A stretch of DNA of 63,994 bases, filler included, from Olpidium bornovanus S191 (Eukaryota; Fungi; Olpidiomycota), in NCBI GenBank assembly GCA_017911155.1. It is 33 parts of 33 records of this genome, joined end to end, with 100 filler letters (N's around TTAATTAATTAA, not from the genome) between each part and the next. Parts side by side here need not be neighbours in the genome. Positions count along the whole stretch, not along the records: positions 58,353 to 59,474 come from JAEFCI010005372.1; positions 59,575 to 60,704 come from JAEFCI010010352.1; positions 60,805 to 62,891 come from JAEFCI010002976.1; positions 62,992 to 63,994 come from JAEFCI010008414.1; 29 more parts are not named here. The stretch is one strand, 5' to 3'. The notes under the pieces are model-generated. The model was not told where the DNA came from and did not search any database. It saw only the letters and a program-made list of their open reading frames with translations. Below, piece after piece: positions 59,454 to 63,994 of the stretch; position 1 is the stretch's first letter; every line of letters begins with the position of its first letter. The translations under genes and the position numbers were made by a program.

Positions 59454-62400
59454 CGCCCCCCCCCGCCCCCCCCCNNNNNNNNNNNNNNNNNNNNNNNNNN
59501 NNNNNNNNNNNNNNNNNNTTAATTAATTAANNNNNNNNNNNNNNNNNNNNNNNNNNNNNNNNNNNNNNNNNNNNAAAAATGCGACCATGGAACCAAGATT
59601 ACTATGCCAGCGATGAGAGGCTCCCAGAAAGTCAAACTGCCATGCAGCTCTTTGTCACAGTATATATGGAAACGGATAATTGAACAGGAAAGGGCGAAAT
59701 TTAGGGAACGGTTACACGACGCGGCTGGATAAAACACAGAACCATCACAAAGTGAGCGGGGGCGGGAAAAAGAAGAGGGGGTGGGGTGGTGAGGAAAACG
59801 TTACTCCCAAATAAAGAATGAATAAGCAAAACCAGTCGTGGACCCGCGTAATTCTTGTGCGGACGGGCCAGTGCGTAGCGGGTGGAAAGCAGATTCGACA
59901 CAGAGATAATGCCGCATTAGCCGGCGATCACGTAGCGGTTAACAGAGCCGACAAGAAAACCCCAATACAAAGGTTTATCGATACGGCCGAAACCGGTATA
60001 TGCTATTTTCAGCAAAAAACAAGTAGCCAAAAAACAGGTCAGGGGATGCGTGGATGCGTTATTCAACCTTTGCTGATTGATGGGAACTGCAACAATCGCA
60101 ACTCTTCCCGGAATCGTCGTGCAACCAAAAAATGTTCCCAAAACACTGGGTCGCGTTGAAGTTGGTTCTATAGCCGGACAAGATATCAGGGGATTATCAT
60201 AATCATAGGAAAAAAAGTCCCATTTTTTCGTATTCCTCCGCTAAGCCGTCGGCCTCTGCGACGTAATCGCCGTCGCATTCGTCCTCGGCCCCGCGGGATA
60301 GTCGCTCGAAACAGAATTTGCCGCAAGGTGAGCCCGGTGGGGAGGCCGGCGGCCGCGCCAAGCTGTTGCGGTCGGCGGCGGGGCCGCCCGGACCTTCCAC
60401 CGGGCCGTCCAGTTAGTCACGTCGCGCAGAAGCGCGGGTCGTTTGGGCCCCAACCGCATATATCGCGGCGGGAAAACCTTTTCTGCGCCGGCGGCCGCGC
60501 CGGCGTCTCCCGATCGCGGCTTGTGGCGGCGGCGAACTCCGGGCCGGGCGCGTATTGCGACCTCCTCGTTGCGCTCTTCGTGAGCATGCATGGATTTCCC
60601 GCGTCGCCCGGGCAGGGTTAGGTATGCAGCACTCCTGAGGCTCCGCGGTCTCTGAGAGTTGGCCTCTGGTACGGTTATATCTGGGTTTATTATAGCGCAC
60701 ATTGNNNNNNNNNNNNNNNNNNNNNNNNNNNNNNNNNNNNNNNNNNNNTTAATTAATTAANNNNNNNNNNNNNNNNNNNNNNNNNNNNNNNNNNNNNNNN
60801 NNNNGGACCTGGCTGCCAGCCGTTTTTATACTGTGGCTTTATCAGCGAGTGACCCGAGATCTCCGTCCCGCTCAGGAGGCCTGCCGACCGGCGGACGACG
60901 GGACTCTAGGATACCTGCTGGCGGGTACGGCGGGGTGGGGTTCGGAGTCCGAGGCGCAGAGAACGACGCGGATACTGGTTAGGACGACGGAGACCGGGCA
61001 TGGGGGAACAGGGTGGTCCGTCACCCGGTGCTTGCTGTCCTGCTTGGTCGCGGACGGATGCGGTGATCGCCTGGGAAACATCAAGCGCGTCGTGCCACCC
61101 TGCACACGCCTCCTTGCATCCTTCACCACCCATGTCCTCCGGGAGAGGGTACGCCGCGAACAAGCCCCTCCGGGAGGTGACGCGCGGGGTGATGTCAGGG
61201 GCGCGATCCCGGTCGCGGTCGTTCGTGCGCTGTCCGAGCGCCGGCGACACGGCGGACCGGTCACCGAAGTACTGGAGGGCTTGGCGCCGATCATGGATAG
61301 TCTCGAGGTTATGGACGATGCGATGGCCGGCTCGCCCGGCTCATGAAAAAAGAGTTTTGTAGAATTTACACCATTGTAAAGCAGGTTGCGCTGCCGCAGA
61401 TGCTTAGCGGCCGTAACACATCTTACGTTTCGGAACTTGTTGGGGGTTGTAGGGGGGAAAAAAAAAAAGACCCGAATTACGGAGACGCCCGCCCTTTGCA
61501 ACGGAGACAACCGGGGTGGATATCAGGTCGGGTTGATATCAGGATGCGGATGCCGTGGCGAGGCTGTACACAGGAATGCGATTCGCGGGACACTCTTCCG
61601 GTTACTTATTCCAGCCTTTGGCAGTGTACTGCTGCGTGTAGAGCCGGACCCTCGGGAACTGATCAATTTTCTTTTTTTTTTTGCTGGGAGCCCAACAAAC
61701 AACCGCGAGGTTATAAGCGCGAAAGCCGCACTAGCTTCTGACCCAGCACGGACACATCGCTTCGAATCAGTGTGGGATGTCTTTTCACCTGTGTTGCCCA
61801 AGGCTGCCAGAGGAAGACTCACGCAGGCGGGAAGGGCAAGGCGAACTGCCAAAGTCAACAAGCAAAAGTTGATCAGACGAAGGAAGTATTATAATCCCGG
61901 CAGCTGGAACATCACTAACAAACACGCGCCGGGAGTTCGAAAACCGCCGGCGCAGCCCAGATCAGGTGGAGGGCGGGGCGGCGGGTTTGGGGGAGGTTGC
62001 ATCCGCGTTTCCGGGAAGGCAACGGGGGCGGGGAGGGTAGCGCCCGCTTCGCGGTGCGCCGACGGACTAAAGGGAGGCGCAGGGCGTCCCGCCGAAAGCA
62101 CGACAGTTTTTACAACCACGGGAAAAAGCGTGGGGTCTCGGTTTGGAAAAGGCCCGAACCCCGCGCGGTTCCGGAAACGAGCGGCTGAGCCGACTGCGCG
62201 GCGAACGCGAACTTCCCCCACACAGCACCGCTCGCCCTTCTTCCCCCCGAGCTAGCCAAAAAGCGCGACCGAATCCTGCGCGGCATTCGGCGTGACAGTG
62301 TGACAGCCGCACAGACGATTCTCTCCAAAAAAAAAAAAAATAAAATAAAATAAAAACAACCACATCCCCGCCCCCCCCCATCTCCCAAATTCCAATCCTC

Positions 62401-62635
62401 TACATCGATCGGGGACTTTGCCTTCGTTGGCATGAATTATTAACTGGCGGCTAGTTATGCGAACAACCGGAGGACGGTTTAACGGGTTCGATTGGGCGGC
62501 GGTGCGGTGACTTCAAAGAGTCTACCGAATTTTCGGTGGATTCAGCGCCAAGAGTGAAGAAGCCAGATTCTGCTATGGGACCCCTGTCAGGGGGGGGAGG
62601 CGACTCGGAGCGGAGGCCGTTTTCATGATGTAACC

Positions 62636-62891
62636 TTAACTGGTAATGCGGACGGCGCCCACGTCGACGGGGTGGTTGTTCACGGAAATGTCGGTATCGA
62701 CGTTCGCCTGGACGACGGCGATCCTGTTCTGGCGTGCCTGGCAGTCCGCCAGGGACGGATAGAGCACGGCCATGATGTTCTGCCGCGCGCTGGCGCCCGG
62801 GCTGAGGAAGGCGTGGTCGGCCGAGCCGAAGCTGATGCTGTCGCACACGTCCATCGGGTGGGGGAGGTTCTGCGCGGTGTTTTCGGCGCGA
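62636..62891 (-). CDS. Hypothetical protein, C-terminal exon
   Basis: Open frame from the contig edge with strongly G/C-ending codons (..HPMDVCDSISFGSADHAFLSPG...VGAVRITS*). Family unknown. Confidence 0.5.
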
Positions 62892-63126
62892 NNNNNNNNN
62901 NNNNNNNNNNNNNNNNNNNNNNNNNNNNNNNNNNNTTAATTAATTAANNNNNNNNNNNNNNNNNNNNNNNNNNNNNNNNNNNNNNNNNNNNAGGTACTTT
63001 TTTTTTTTCTTTGTTTGAGGAGGGGCCCCCCGGGGGGGGGGGGGGGGGGGGGAGGGAAGTTTGGTGGGGAGGGAGGGAGGCTGCCGGAGGAGTTAAAGGG
63101 GAGACGGAGTAAGCAGGATGGGGGAG

Positions 63127-63180
63127 GGGCGGCGGGCGGCGGGCGGCGGGCGGCGGGCGGCGGGCGGCGGGCGGCGGGCG
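63127..63180. repeat. (GGGCGGC)n heptamer tandem repeat, about 7 copies
   Basis: Read directly from the sequence. Confidence 0.9.
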
Positions 63181-63530
63181 GCTGGCGGCGGGGCGGGGGC
63201 CAACAAAGAGCGGCGAGGGGTGCGGAAGTCCGAAAGTCGGGAATTTTCGGCGTTTTGCCGCCTCTCCCCAACCCGGGGGAAGGGGGGGGGGGGCGGCGAG
63301 TCAAAATCTGCCCTTGATTTAACTGTAGAGGACTTTTTTTGTTCGATTGTCGGGCGACACGGGCCGGGGATCGCGCGCGGGGAGGCGCTGGAGTGAGACT
63401 CCGGGCTCAAACACAGGCACCCGGTTGCCTTCCCTGCGCAGGGAAAAGAAAAAAAAAACCACCATGTTAAAGGAAAAAGAAAAAAAAAATACAATGTTAA
63501 AGGAAAAAAAAAAAAAAAAAAAGAAAAACA

Positions 63531-63783
63531 AAACCTCGGGGACGATCGACCGTAGTGCTGTCACTGAAAATATTGTTAGACCGACATGAGGGAAAAATAC
63601 AAAGGAGCACATTGAAAGTACTTCCAAACAGGTCTACGGTGCAAAAAGGAATACGAAACTAAACCTCGGGGACGATCGATCGCAGTGCTGTTGCTGAATA
63701 TATTATTAGACCGACATGAGGGAAAAAATAAAGGGGTATATTAAAATTATTTCTAAACAGTTCTAGAGTGCAAAAAAAGGAAT
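63531..63783. repeat. 130-bp-period tandem duplication, 2 diverged copies
   Basis: Copies start at 63531 and 63661 (AAACCTCGGGGACGATCGA...TTAGACCGACATGAGGGAAAAA). My manual alignment gives 16 substitutions plus small indels. Confidence 0.95.
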
Positions 63784-63994
63784 CCTTCTAAAGTGTGGAG
63801 TGCGCCGCAGAAAAAATAAAGCGAGCGCAGGTTTAAAATAAATTTAAATGCGTGTGAAGAACCGCGCATGCGACATGCGACGGCGACAGATGCGATGCTG
63901 TGGGCGCGCGCGACCGCTGGGTGGCAGGCCGGGCATTATCCGCGTGTCAATTCGAAAAGAGAAAACACCCCGGGTTTGCTCTGGCCCGTCACCG

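Noticed and set aside
59575-60703. Possible membrane-protein exons on the - strand (..PLIAGIVILVPWSHF)
   Set aside because: The pieces are short and I could not build a consistent splice model or assign a family.
60849-61346. Overlapping ORFs on both strands at 60.85-61.35 kb
   Set aside because: No frame shows a recognisable domain or a clear codon bias, so none can be chosen.
62518-62543. Hairpin GAGTCTACCGAA/TTCGGTGGATTC as a terminator or ncRNA
   Set aside because: It is a single isolated stem with no U-tract, and intrinsic terminators are not expected in a eukaryotic nuclear context.

Overview
This window is not one locus. It is 33 short (about 1-4.3 kb) unordered contigs joined by an artificial 100-nt spacer (44 N + TTAATTAATTAA + 44 N), so adjacency across spacers means nothing. 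The DNA is GC-rich and intron-rich (GT-AG) and comes from a eukaryote. The gene fragments are fungal-type, probably from an early-diverging or zoosporic lineage (inference; the fragmented, homopolymer-rich style resembles Olpidium, unverified). Recognisable partial genes: kinesin-3, ABCF2/Arb1, Doa1/PLAA, CK2 beta, a DUF900 hydrolase, Rrp17, Rpp40, an Slt2-type MAPK, an MscS-like channel, glycogen synthase, Afi1/MesA, a BK-type K+ channel, Atg11, Mcm10, an Mpv17-family protein, and a Ty3/Gypsy integrase fragment. The best leads are five. (1) A decayed, intronless endogenous DNA-virus fragment at 24.5-26.4 kb, with a penton/minor-capsid-like pseudogene, an amphipathic His-rich ORF and a methyltransferase-like remnant. 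(2) An exon matching the animal tubulin-detyrosinase cofactor SVBP (RAEIYALN). (3) A ~230-nt candidate structured ncRNA with a four-way junction. (4) An HMG-CoA synthase pseudogene with three or more disabling lesions. (5) A 130-bp duplication with a CpA>TpA (RIP-like) bias. All family assignments come from motif recognition by eye; no database searches were run.
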